Source: Podarcis bocagei (Eukaryota). Taken from it: 64,000 nucleotides of DNA. Numbering within the stretch: position 1 is the stretch's first letter; each line of letters opens with the position of its first letter. Below the pieces are notes generated by a model, which was given only the letters and a program-made list of their open reading frames with translations, ran no database searches and had not been told where the DNA came from. The position numbers were made by a program, and so were the translations under genes. The stretch lies in the NCBI GenBank assembly GCA_964188305.1, contig OZ076897.1; one strand, given 5' to 3'. Below are positions 23,345 to 33,782 of this stretch, piece by piece.

Positions 23345-25197
23345 TATTTATTTCTCTGGGAGCCAGGGCCGTTGAATACAGTTAATGTTCCCCATGTTTA
23401 TTTATTTGATACTTCAGTTATAAACAGCTCTTAATATCAAACCAGCTTGAAGATATTGAAATCCTTCTAGAACTTGTCCTTGCTGGCTGGCACAGCGCAT
23501 TCTGCATAACCTAGTACCTCTATGCAGGGAGTCGGTCCATTCAGGAGCACCCATGTTGCCCTCTCGTCCTCCTCTGCAATTCCTCCTGGCTCCAAAACAA
23601 CAAGGCTTTGTCATCTATTGACAGTTGCACGCAGGAGGGGAAAACTCTCCATCTGTGGTCGCCGAGCAGAGAGACAAGTGGCTGTGTCTTTTAACAGATG
23701 GCACAATGAGCTATAAGAAACGTGCGTTCCCCCCTGAGACGGATAACCTGACACGAAGTAGTTTCAGCAACATATTGAAATAAATCCTCCCTTATGAGTG
23801 TCGGTGGCTGCAAAAGCCGCCACTCGTCAGTCCCCGGATCCCTTGACAAAAGTCTTGTTTGGGTGATGCAAGCGCGGCAGTTTTGAGAGACACACCACCT
23901 TGTGTTTCCTGAAAAGTAGCAGAAGGAAACAAGGCGGCAATTGATGTGGCTTACAGATGCGCATGGATTTAAAGGGACCAAGAGCTGTAGCAGCCATCGT
24001 TCTCCCACCCAGAATGAGATCTACGCAAGAAATAGAGGTGTTTCCCTGCTGTGGTTGAAAGCAGGTTGCAGCAGTACTCTTGCTCTCCAGTTAATTTCCG
24101 GACTCTACTCTGGAGTGTATTTCAGTGTACAGTGTTTCCTATGCCACCACCCCACGGAAATTTCACCATCTCCTTTTGACACACACTGGTCTGCTGCAGA
24201 TGGAACTGGTGGGAAGGGAAATGCTGTAGAATTCCCAAGACGATGCTTTTGAAAAGATTATTGTGTCCAGTTGGTTCTTTTTCATTGCTATTTAATTCTC
24301 CCTTGGGCGGCATTCCAATGTTGGGTGTGGCCAAAGCAATCAATAACAATCCATTCAGTGAAATAACTTAAAATAAAGAAAAAACAGTGCCACCCAGAGA
24401 AACATCCATGAGCAAAGACACTTCATGGATGGGGAAGGGAGGAATCAGGATCCCACTTGTTGGCTCCACCCTCAAGCCTATGTTTTCATCCTAAGCTGCC
24501 AACAGAGTCTAGGCACGTAAGATCTCCTCCCATTTCTCTTTCCCCTCTGACAGATCCTGGCAGGATCCCATGGTGCTGATCCAAGTGGGGCTCTGTGTCC
24601 GTGGTAATCAGCTGAGAGGGAGCCCTGCTTGTCTAGGAACCATCTTGTTTGTTTACCTGTCCACACCTGAAGTCATGTATGATGTCAGGGGAAAGTCAGT
24701 TGGACCTGGTTTGGGGAAAATGGGCATGTAGGCCAAATTAGGACCCCTACTAGGCCTAGTTAGGCCCCCATGGGACAGAGGATCCCCACTGCTATTTTAC
24801 CCCATAGCCACATCCCTTCATTGCAGGCTTGGATGCCTTCTCCATAGCATAATGGTTAATTTGCACGAGACCCAAGTTATTTTAACTCATCGGCCTTTCA
24901 GATGACTTGGGATTGGCTATGGTTGCTAAGACCTTTACAGAATCCAGACTAGCCAGATTTCCGCCTTGTGCTCAACAAGAGGGGTCTGGTTCTGTGTAAT
25001 CTTATTGTTAACAGCCCTGCTTTGCATGTCAGATGTCAGCCTGCAAGGCTGCCTAATGAAGGTGGGCATCCCACTGATTTATTGACAAATGCCACTGCAT
25101 AGAATTGATCCAGCTTTTTCCTTAGACTAAAAATGTTCCACCGAAAGGAGCATTCAGTGCTGAGCAGCAACAAAAGTGCTTAAGACCAGCCAAGGAA

Positions 25198-26041
25198 GTG
25201 GGCTGAAGATTTAGGTCATGATATACAATTTGAAGATTGGGAAAGGATGTGGAAAGCAAATTTTAAAATTTACAGACTCTATTTTATTGAAAGAGAATTA
25301 TATGAAAATGATGTATAGATGGTACATTACACCAGTGGAAGTGGCTAAAATGTATAAGACAGGATCAAAAACTTGTTGGAGATGTAAAGAAAAAGATGGT
25401 ACATTTTATCATATGTGTTGGGAATTAAAAAAGGTCAGAAATTATTGGGAAATGATATATAATGAATTAAAAAAAAAAGTTTGAAAAGACTTACGTTAAG
25501 GAACCAAAGCATTCCTCCTAGGGATTTTAGATCAAGAAATAAGAAAAGACAAGGGGAAATTATTTATGTATGCAACAACAGTGGCAAGAATTACCGGTAT
25601 ACCAGCACCAGCTTGGAAGACAGAAGGAACCCCAATGAAAGAACAATGGCAAGAGAAACTCATGGAATATGCAGAATTAGCAAAAATAACAGATAGATTA
25701 CATGAAAGGGACAACAAAGACTTTAAAAGAGAATGGGAACCATTTAAAATATATATGAAGAGACAACATGAAGAGCTGGACTCATAGGCAGGGTTTGAGT
25801 AAACATTCACAAATGTAAATAATAATAATAATATAATAATAATAATAGATGTAAATGTATTAGGAATTAATTGGGGAAATAATATGCAAGATGAATAAAT
25901 TGAAAGTAAAACAAAGTGGAAGTATGAAGGAAGTCAAGGGGAGGGGGGCAGGAAAAAATGGAAAATTGTTAGAGAGATATTTCATAAAGGATGTATATAT
26001 TGAAAAATCAGTAAAAACTATTTTTTTTAAAAAAAAAAAAA
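25198..26041 (+). mobile_element. 5'-truncated L1 LINE
   Basis: ORF2 C-terminal zinc-knuckle region CWRCKEKDGTFYHMCW, a 3' UTR, poly(A), and a perfect 16-bp TSD AAGACCAGCCAAGGAA (25182-25197 / 26042-26057) at a TT/AAGA L1-endonuclease-type site. Confidence 0.9.
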
Positions 26042-26761
26042 AAGACCAGCCAAGGAACACACAGGTTGGAGCAGTGTGCCGTGAAGCAAAGGAGCCAAAA
26101 TGCCCCACAAGGAACCTTCTCCAGCCGATTCCTTTGCCAAGCCACTTGCATTTATCTGGAGTGGAAGGTCCACAGGTTGCAGCCAGTTCTGCGTATTCAC
26201 TTTCAGTTCATGCAAGGGGACGGTAGCCAGTTGCAGAGTCTGCAAGGGCTCCCTAGAAGGTGCCCAACGCTGTCTGCAGACTGCAACATTGCAGGGAAAT
26301 ATCCGTAATGACAATCAAGCTTCCCCTTGGGGATGCTGCACATTGGAAGGCAGTTGTTAGGCTTTCCACACAGGAGTGGCTGAATCCAGTCCAGGAAAGA
26401 ACGAGAAAGGTAAAATTAATAGCCTCTCTCAAATATTAAGGTGGGCAACCAGCATCTGTGATAAAGGGATAGAATTTGGTTGCAGGTGATGAGAAACACT
26501 GCTTTGGGATGCAGTCATACACCCACCAACTGAACTGTGTCTAGGATTGCACTGTGACTCGGGTATAATCTATCTGTAAAATATGTTATTTCGGGGCTGA
26601 GGATTTGCAGTGTATGTGTGAATGTCTGTACTGTGTTGCCGCTGGTGCTGAGTTTTATATTTTGGACCATCGGTTTGCCATTTTTGAATCACAGAGTTCT
26701 GCAGAGCCTGAGAAGTACTGAAGGATGTGACCGTCCTTTTTTAAAAAACAAACAAACCCAC

Positions 26762-27010
26762 TGTTATGTACTGAAGTTCTCACCCTGGGCCAGCAGGGGG
26801 ATACTGCAGATAGTTTTCACTCAGGTCCGCATATGCAAATAAGGAATTGAAAGTGACATTCAGTGATTGGATAGTTACAGAAAGTTGTTACTGTTGCTTT
26901 GTAGTTGAGCTCTATATAAGCAGGTTGACTGAACCCTTCAGTTCAGTTCTGTTCTGGCCTGTGAATAAACAAGAGCTGTGTCGTTTGAGATGTTCACCCA
27001 CAACTTAACA
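26762..27010 (+). mobile_element. Solo LTR
   Basis: TGTTA...TAACA termini, octamer at 26833-26840, TATATAA at 26913-26919, AATAAA at 26964-26969, and a 5-bp TSD CCCAC/CTCAC. Confidence 0.85.
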
Positions 27011-27255
27011 CTCACCTCAGCTACCTAATGACGATTCTAATAGTAAAAGGTGGGGAAAGGTGGATATTAAAAGTAGCTTGTGGGGTAGTGGCTAAAGTAT
27101 CAGGCTTGGCCTAGGGAGATTTAAGGTTCAAAACTTCCTCAAGGCTTCCTGGCCCTGTTCACACTTCACAGAAGGGAGCCTCCAGCTTGTGGCCAAATTT
27201 GGCCTGCCAGGCCATTCCCACCCCCCGCCACAGCCACACCCACCTGCCTCCCACC

Positions 27256-27433
27256 CATAGGAGCCAATTCCTAGGAGCTGTGGTCCCTTCGCCCCCCAAT
27301 AAAATATTTGAGGGACCGCTGCCCCCCCCAAAATAAATGGGCATTGTCATTCAAATGGTTTGTGATAGATTATGTGGGGTAGGGCTTACCAGATTCCTCC
27401 CCCCCCAATATTTTATCCAGGTTGGCATCCCTG
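27256..27433 (-). mobile_element. hAT MITE, family C
   Basis: Reverse copy of 14793-14978 with TSD CTCCCACC/CCCCCACC. Confidence 0.8.
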
Positions 27434-28151
27434 CCCCCACCTGATGGCAGGTGTGGGGCAGGTAAAGCTGTGGCTGCAGGGGAACCACGGTGTTCCTGAT
27501 TGCTCTTCCACAAGTGGAATTTGTGCCTGCTGCCCTTTAAATGTTGTGAACTGCCCTGTGATCTTCGGGCGAAAGGCGGTATACAAATTTAAGAAATAAA
27601 ATAATGAATCTGGTGCCAAATGTGAGCCCCTCTGAGAATTTTGTGTTTTTAATGTTTTGTTGGGAACTGCCCAGAATGGCTGGGGCAACCCAGTCAAGAT
27701 GGGTGGCATATAAATAATACATTTTTTATTATTAAAAATTATAATGGTTCTGCTTGGAAGTTCCTGATCAGAGCTGAGTGGGCCCAATCCCTGCTGATCG
27801 CAAGCCTGGCTGAAGCAGAGCTGATCCCTGTCAAAAGTGGGGCAGGAATCTGTGGCACTGTAACTGGAATGTAAGCCAGGCTCAGCGGTGGATTTAGGGG
27901 AGCGGAGCTGAGAGGGCACCTCGACAATAATGCAGAAAAGAAGATGAGGGGAGGGAAGTTGCTGGATTTTGGTGTCACACAGGGGGCCACTGATATTTGA
28001 AAGCCCCAAGTCTGCCACTGGAGGGCTGCAAAGGAAGACTCAAGTGGGGACTTGAACCATGTGACTTGTAGCATGTGACCCCGCCCACCAGCCAAAAGAG
28101 CCTCACCTGGCTGTGCCACAGCCCTGCAGTAAATCACAGGTAATGGTTTGT

Positions 28152-28415
28152 TGTTATGTACTGAAGTTCTCACCCTGGGCCAGCAGGGGGATACTGTAGA
28201 TAGTTTTCACTCAGGTCCTCATATGCAAATAAGGAATTGAAAGTGATGTTCAGTGATTGGATAGTTACATAAAGTTGTTACTGTTGCATTGTAGTTGAGC
28301 TCTATATAAGCAGGCTGGCTGAACCCTTCAACTCAGTTCTGTTCTGGCCTGTGAATAAACAAGAGCTGTCTGAAGAATTGCTGTGTCGTCTGATATGTTC
28401 ACCCACAACTTAACA
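28152..28415 (+). mobile_element. Solo LTR (same family as 26762-27010)
   Basis: TGTTA...TAACA termini, highly similar to the first copy plus a 15-bp internal extra segment; 5-bp TSD TTTGT/GTTGT. Confidence 0.85.
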
Positions 28416-29501
28416 GTTGTGATTGCATCTTTCCAGTCTGGAGGGAAGAAAACACCGAATCCTGACAGCATTATGCCCGAAAAATGGATTGTGGGGTTTT
28501 CACTGCCAAACAAAACGCAACATGCAGCTAAGGTTTGTTCTCAGCTTACAGGTTGTGAGTTTCTGGAGCAAAAGACTTGATGCTCTGCTTCCCCCCACCC
28601 CCCGCTCCGTGTTCCTCTGTGCTGCATCACCAGGTACCTCCAGAATTTGCATTTGCAATATGATGCCTTTGTGTGGATATTTGCTTTGGCAAATTCAAGG
28701 CAAATGCTTTTATTTATCAAAGGAATTGCCGGCCAGTGAAGAAATGTGTGACAGCAGGTTACACGGCTGCATATTTGGTCCTGGGAGTGAGTCAGGCATC
28801 AAGGCAATTATCTTCCATTCAGGATGACAACTGAGAGACGTGCTCATTCTGTCTTGAGGAATAACCCTGTTATTTTAGTATTTATTTCCAGGCTTCTGAA
28901 CCAGTGCTAACTTGTCAGGATGCAAAAGCCCCCTTTGCTTCTGCTTTGGTTTCCTATCTGGGCTGGATTATTCAATTACTGGCTGTTTGGCCTCCTCTCA
29001 ACCTTTCTAAATCATTTCCAGCTCCCACACAAGGCCTTGGCAGGAGTTGAAAGATGGTTTCAACTGAAAATTTCACAGCTTCATCAGCCCTTCCCGGCCG
29101 CCTGATCTCCGGACTTAATTAATTTTAGAGGAGGACTGGAACAAGCGTTCAGATGGAATGGGCCTCATCTGTCATCTGGGGGCACTGAGGCAGTGGGGCA
29201 AAAGAAACATGCAGAGCGCCCTCTGCTGTTGGTGCAAGGGAGTACCAGAAACACAGTCCCAGTTCTGCATCAAGCACCACCGAGGGTTCCCAGTCTGTGC
29301 CAGGATCCTGCCCATCTCAGACCCTGGGCAGTTTTCTTTGGAGGCAGTGATATGGGACCCCACAGAGACATTTGACACAACTGGAGGACCCAGAATAGCC
29401 TTCTCCAGCTTTGTACCCTCCAAGAACTACAGTTCCCATCCCGTGCTGGCTGGGGCTGATGGGAGCTGTAGTCCAAAATGTCCAGAGGGCACCTGGTTGA
29501 C

Positions 29502-29688
29502 TAGGAGTGCCAACTTAACTGAAATATTTGGGGGACCCAAGTAAGTCCCACCCTGCATAATTGATCATGATGTGGTGCTCATATACCATTTGAATGGCAA
29601 TGCCCATCAACATTGGAGGGGCACATCCCCCTCGAGTATTTTATTATGGGAGTGAAGACCCCTCGGTCCCTAGGCCTTTGCTCCTATA
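29502..29688 (+). mobile_element. hAT MITE, family C
   Basis: Same interior (CCATTTGAATGGCAATGCCCATCAAC) and a perfect 8-bp TSD TGGTTGAC. Confidence 0.85.
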
Positions 29689-30374
29689 TGGTTGACAAAG
29701 GCTGATCTCCAAGAACCAACCAACATCTCAAGGTAGCCTGGAGTGCTTCTGCTCATGGATGGTATGTCTGAACACCGCAGTGACTCATCTGAGCACAGCC
29801 TTGATTCCCAACTCTTCCCCTTCACCACCCAGACCTCAAAGGCTACAGTGGCAGCAGACCCAATGGGAAGCACAGAGTTCTGCACGAGTGGCCTCCTGAC
29901 CCTATTGCCAGGGGTCTCCTTGGGTGGAAAGGTCCACTGTGGAGGAGGAGGACTTGAAGTCACCGAATTGCAGGGTCAGAGGGGAGCCCAAGGACCATCA
30001 AGTCTAAACTCCCTGCAATACAGACATTTTTTCCCCCAATGCCGGGCTTGAACCCCAAACCCTGAGATTAAGAGCCTTGACCCCATCTCCTTTCCTGCTG
30101 AGCTCCAGAAGGGCAACACCAAGAAATAAGACAGAGGATGCTGACAGACAGGACCACCCTCTGGACCAGGTGTCACTAGGAAGGCTGGATGTTGTTGGCT
30201 GGGCACAGTCCCATTCACTCAATAACAGACCAAGCTCCACTGCTACTGAGCAACGCAGTGCCCAGCTCTTTTATTCTGGTCACCCGCGGTCAGCATGCCT
30301 TGCGTTCCTTCCAGCAGGAGAGGAAGGAGAAGCAATCTTTAAGGTGGTGTTTAGAGGGCCGCTGGAGCAACATT

Positions 30375-30650
30375 AAAAAAGTAGTGCATAGTTAAACTGT
30401 GGAACTCACTGCCACTGGAGGCACTGAGGGCGACCAACTTGGATGGCTTTAAAAGAGGACTGAACAAATCTATGGAGGACAAGGTTATCAGTTGTCGCTG
30501 CCAATGATGGCTCTGCTCTGCCTCAGCGGTCGGAGGAAGTAATGCCTCTGAATTGACCAGTGCTTGCAGGTTTCCCACAAGGATGTGGAGGCAACAGGAT
30601 GCTGGTTCAGGCGGCCCATTGGTCTGATCCAGCAAACTCTTCTTATGCTC
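30375..30650 (+). mobile_element. CR1-type LINE 3' fragment
   Basis: Encodes VKLWNSLP.E......LDGFKRGL.K.ME, followed by a 3' UTR ending CTCTTCTTATG.TCTT. Confidence 0.7.
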
Positions 30651-31937
30651 TTCTTCATGTTGGTGCAAGGCTGTAATACCTGAACGAAGCCATCTCCTTC
30701 CCTGCAGACCCTCTTGGATATTAAGGTTGGCAGGAGAAGATCTCTTGGTAGTTCCACCACCCGCAGCAGCAGTCCATATCCTAATTAACATCAAGTATCA
30801 ATAAATCCTGACTGAACAGAAACTTGATCTTAATTTGTCAGAAATGTTTTAGCCATATGGTTATCCTGCGGCTCCTAGCTGCAAGAATGTGTGCGCATTT
30901 TAAGACAAAAATACACAGAGTTCTCCCAGTTCATTAGAACAGCTAATACATCTTGAAAGCATGAACCTAGCAAGCTGTTTCATCGCTGGAGAGCTGCAAA
31001 GGAGGAGGAGGAGGAGGAGCCGCTTTTATTGGCAGCAGCTAAGAAGTTTTTAGTGAGATTTGTGTGGAGCTCTTGATAGACAGCTTTTAGGATAGAGTTA
31101 CCTTGTCTGGCAGCAGCTATGTATGTGAGGAGTTCACCCTTTTTCAAAAAAGATACAGAGCTTGTATCAAGGTGGAGAACCTGTGGCTGCCCAGATGTTG
31201 TTGGACTACAACTCCCATCATCCACCGTTCTTGAGCCTTGGCCATGCTGGCTGGGGCTGATGGGAGTTGGAGTCCAACAGCGTCTGGAGGACTGCAGCTT
31301 CCATATCCTAGACTTCCATGCTTGTGGGATGAAACAGGTATAACTTCCAGGGTACAAAAAAAAAAGCCAGGCATTTGTAAACCACTTTTGTTTTTAACTC
31401 CTATAGCGTTTCTGTATAAATGAGAGCCAGGCAGCCAATAGCAGCTCTGACTTGTAGCAAATTGTGAGTAGCTGACTAAACAGGGGCCCTTCTTTGCAGG
31501 AACAGCCAATGCCTTATCAGCCAAGGACTCCCCCAGGCACTAAACAGATGAGCTTAGTTGGAACAGACTTTGTTATCTTTTGACACTTTATTGGGAAATC
31601 AGTTTCTTCTGTGAAGGGGGGAAAGGGTGTTTGTATTGGAACAGATGGTATTCCCCTTTGAAAGGTGCCAAATCTCTAACTAGACAGGAAACAAAATCCT
31701 CCTCTCCCCTCCAAGAAAGGACTGCCCCTCTCCCCATAGAACCTCTCCCTTCACCACAAGGTAGAACGGCTCAGTTGAATATATTTGCTTTAGGTGCTAT
31801 ATATTTGCAAAGATGCTGAAGTGTTTCACTAAGCTTTTAGGACCACCTTCCCCAACCTGATGCCCACCAGATGATTTGGACTGCAGTGTCCATCAGTCCC
31901 AACTAATGTGGCCAATGGTCAGAGACAATGGGAGCTG

Positions 31938-32375
31938 GTACCTGACAACATAGTGATGTATGGAGTATGGAAGTGAGAGCTGGACCATAAAGAAGGCTGA
32001 TGGCCGAAGAATGGATGCTTTTGAATTATGTGCTGGAGGAGACTCTGGAGAGTCCCATGGACTGCAAGAAGATCAAACCTACCCATTCTTAAGGAAATCA
32101 GCCCTGAGTGCTCACTGGAAGGACAGATCCTGAAGCTGAGGCTCCAATACTTTGGCCACCTCATGAGAAGAGAAGACTCCATGGGAAAGACCCTGATGTT
32201 GGGAAAGATGGAGGGCACAAGGAGAAGGGGACGGCAGAGGACGAGATGGTTGGACAGTGTTCTCAAAGCTACCAGCATGAGTTTGACCAAGCTGCAGGAG
32301 GCAGTGGAAGACAGGAGTGCCTGGCGTCCATGGGGTCACGAAGAGTCGGACACAACTAAACGACTAAACAACAAC
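31938..32375 (+). mobile_element. 5'-truncated BovB (RTE) LINE
   Basis: Encodes WRRL.RVPWTARRSN..ILKEISPECSLEGQILKLRLQYFGHLMRREDS..KTLMLGK.EG.RRRGRQR.RWLD, with tail GGGGTCACGAAGAGTCGGACAC.ACTAAACGACTAAACAACAAC and a 50-bp flanking duplication. Confidence 0.93.
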
Positions 32376-33084
32376 GTCCATCAGTCCCAACTAATGTGGC
32401 CAATGGTCAGAGACAATGGGAGCTGTCACCGACCAACATTGGTCAAGGTTAGGGAGAGCTGCTTGAGGAGAGCCTAGCTGCATCTTAAACCTGCATCCCA
32501 ATGGTCTTGGGTCCAGTTTTGCTGAGCAGCTCAACAGCAGAGCATCTGCTTTGTATCCAGAAGGTCCTGGGTTCAACCCTGACATCTCCAGGTTAGGGCT
32601 AGGGATGTCTGCCCGCCTCCTTCTGGCAACTCCTGTGGCCAAGCTGGTGCCAAACATATTGCTCTGCTCTCCTTTGGACCACATCAGCGAGGCCGAGAGG
32701 GGCGTCTTGTCGTCTGGGCAGCCCAGGAGCTCCAGATACACTGCCCAGGCTTGTGCCCCAGGGAGGTCACCTCGGTGCTGCTAACACAGAGGTTTGACTT
32801 CACTCCATTGTCTCTTGAGACAGATCGATACGCCAACAATCTGCAGCGATTAGCAGCTGAAGTATTCCATGCGGTGGAGATATAAGCATGGTCAGCCCAT
32901 GTCTGCAGACCAAACAGCAGTCAAGGACCACAGAAGCAGTGTTGGTGGAAAAAGAAAAAAGGCTGGTTGCAATCTAGTTTTTGAATGGTTCATGGAGTGT
33001 CATGTATGAAGCTGTGTAACTTGTACTGAGTCAGACCATTGGTCCATCAAGGGTCCTGTTGTCTATATTGGGGGGACAGGGGGC

Positions 33085-33540
33085 CTGTGTCCTTTCATAC
33101 TGCATCACGGTGTGGCACGCTGGTTTGACATCAACTGCTAGGAAGTGCCTACAGAGGGTGGTGAATATAGCACAATATATTATAGGCTGTCCCGTGAATC
33201 CGCTGGATGACATTGGGAAAGAACGTTGCCTTAGGAGAGTGAGGAAAATTCTCAGGGGTGATTCACACCCTGGCCGGCACTTTCTTGATCTCCTGCCCTC
33301 GAGCAGAAGATATAGAAGCATGATTAGTCGCACCAACAGGGTAAAGAACAGCTTCTATCCATGGGCTGTTAGGCTGCTGAATGAAAAGATCACAACAGGG
33401 CAACTGACTTTCGGGTTTGGTGGGTGTGCGTCAGTAAACGAGGGGAATTAAGATTAAGAGAGCTGAGTGGGGGGTGCTTGTGTAATCTCACTGTATACAA
33501 GTTGTACAAGTGACAATAAAGTATTTCAATTCAATTTCAA
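33085..33540 (+). mobile_element. Rex1/Babar LINE 3' fragment
   Basis: Open frame YCITVWHAG...LQRVVNIAQYIIG...RCLRRVRKILRGDSHPGRHFLDLLPSSRRYRS...TNRVKNSFYPWAVRLLN, a typical Rex1/Babar C-terminus, followed by AATAAA and a short ATTCA-like repeat tail. Confidence 0.8.
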
Positions 33541-33569
33541 TTTACAATTCCCATCCTGTGGAATTGTAC

Positions 33570-33782
33570 AATTCCCGCCCTGTGGAACGCCCTCCCTTCA
33601 GATGTGAAGGAAATAAGCAGCTATCTTCTTTTTAAAAGACATCTGAAGGCAGCCCTGTTTAGGGAAGTTTTTAATATTGAATGCTGTATTGTTTATAACA
33701 CTTGATTGGAAGCTGCCCAGAGTGGCTGGGGAAACTCAGCCAGATGGGTGGGGTATAAATAATAATAAATTATTATTATTAT
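33570..33782 (+). mobile_element. L2 LINE 3' end with (TAT)n tail
   Basis: CTGTGGAACGCCCTCCC...CATCTGAAGGCAGCCCTGTTT...CCCAGAGTGGCTGGGG...GGGTATAAATAAT...TATTAT. Confidence 0.8.

Noticed and set aside
27413-28018. 201-aa minus-strand ORF
   Set aside because: It runs through L2 tails and a MITE end with no recognisable domain, so it is likely a chance ORF.
26762-28415. A single TRIM-like LTR retroelement bounded by the two LTRs
   Set aside because: The outer flanks (CCCAC and GTTGT) do not match and each LTR has its own TSD. There is no primer-binding site after the first LTR or polypurine tract before the second, and the interior holds unrelated repeats.
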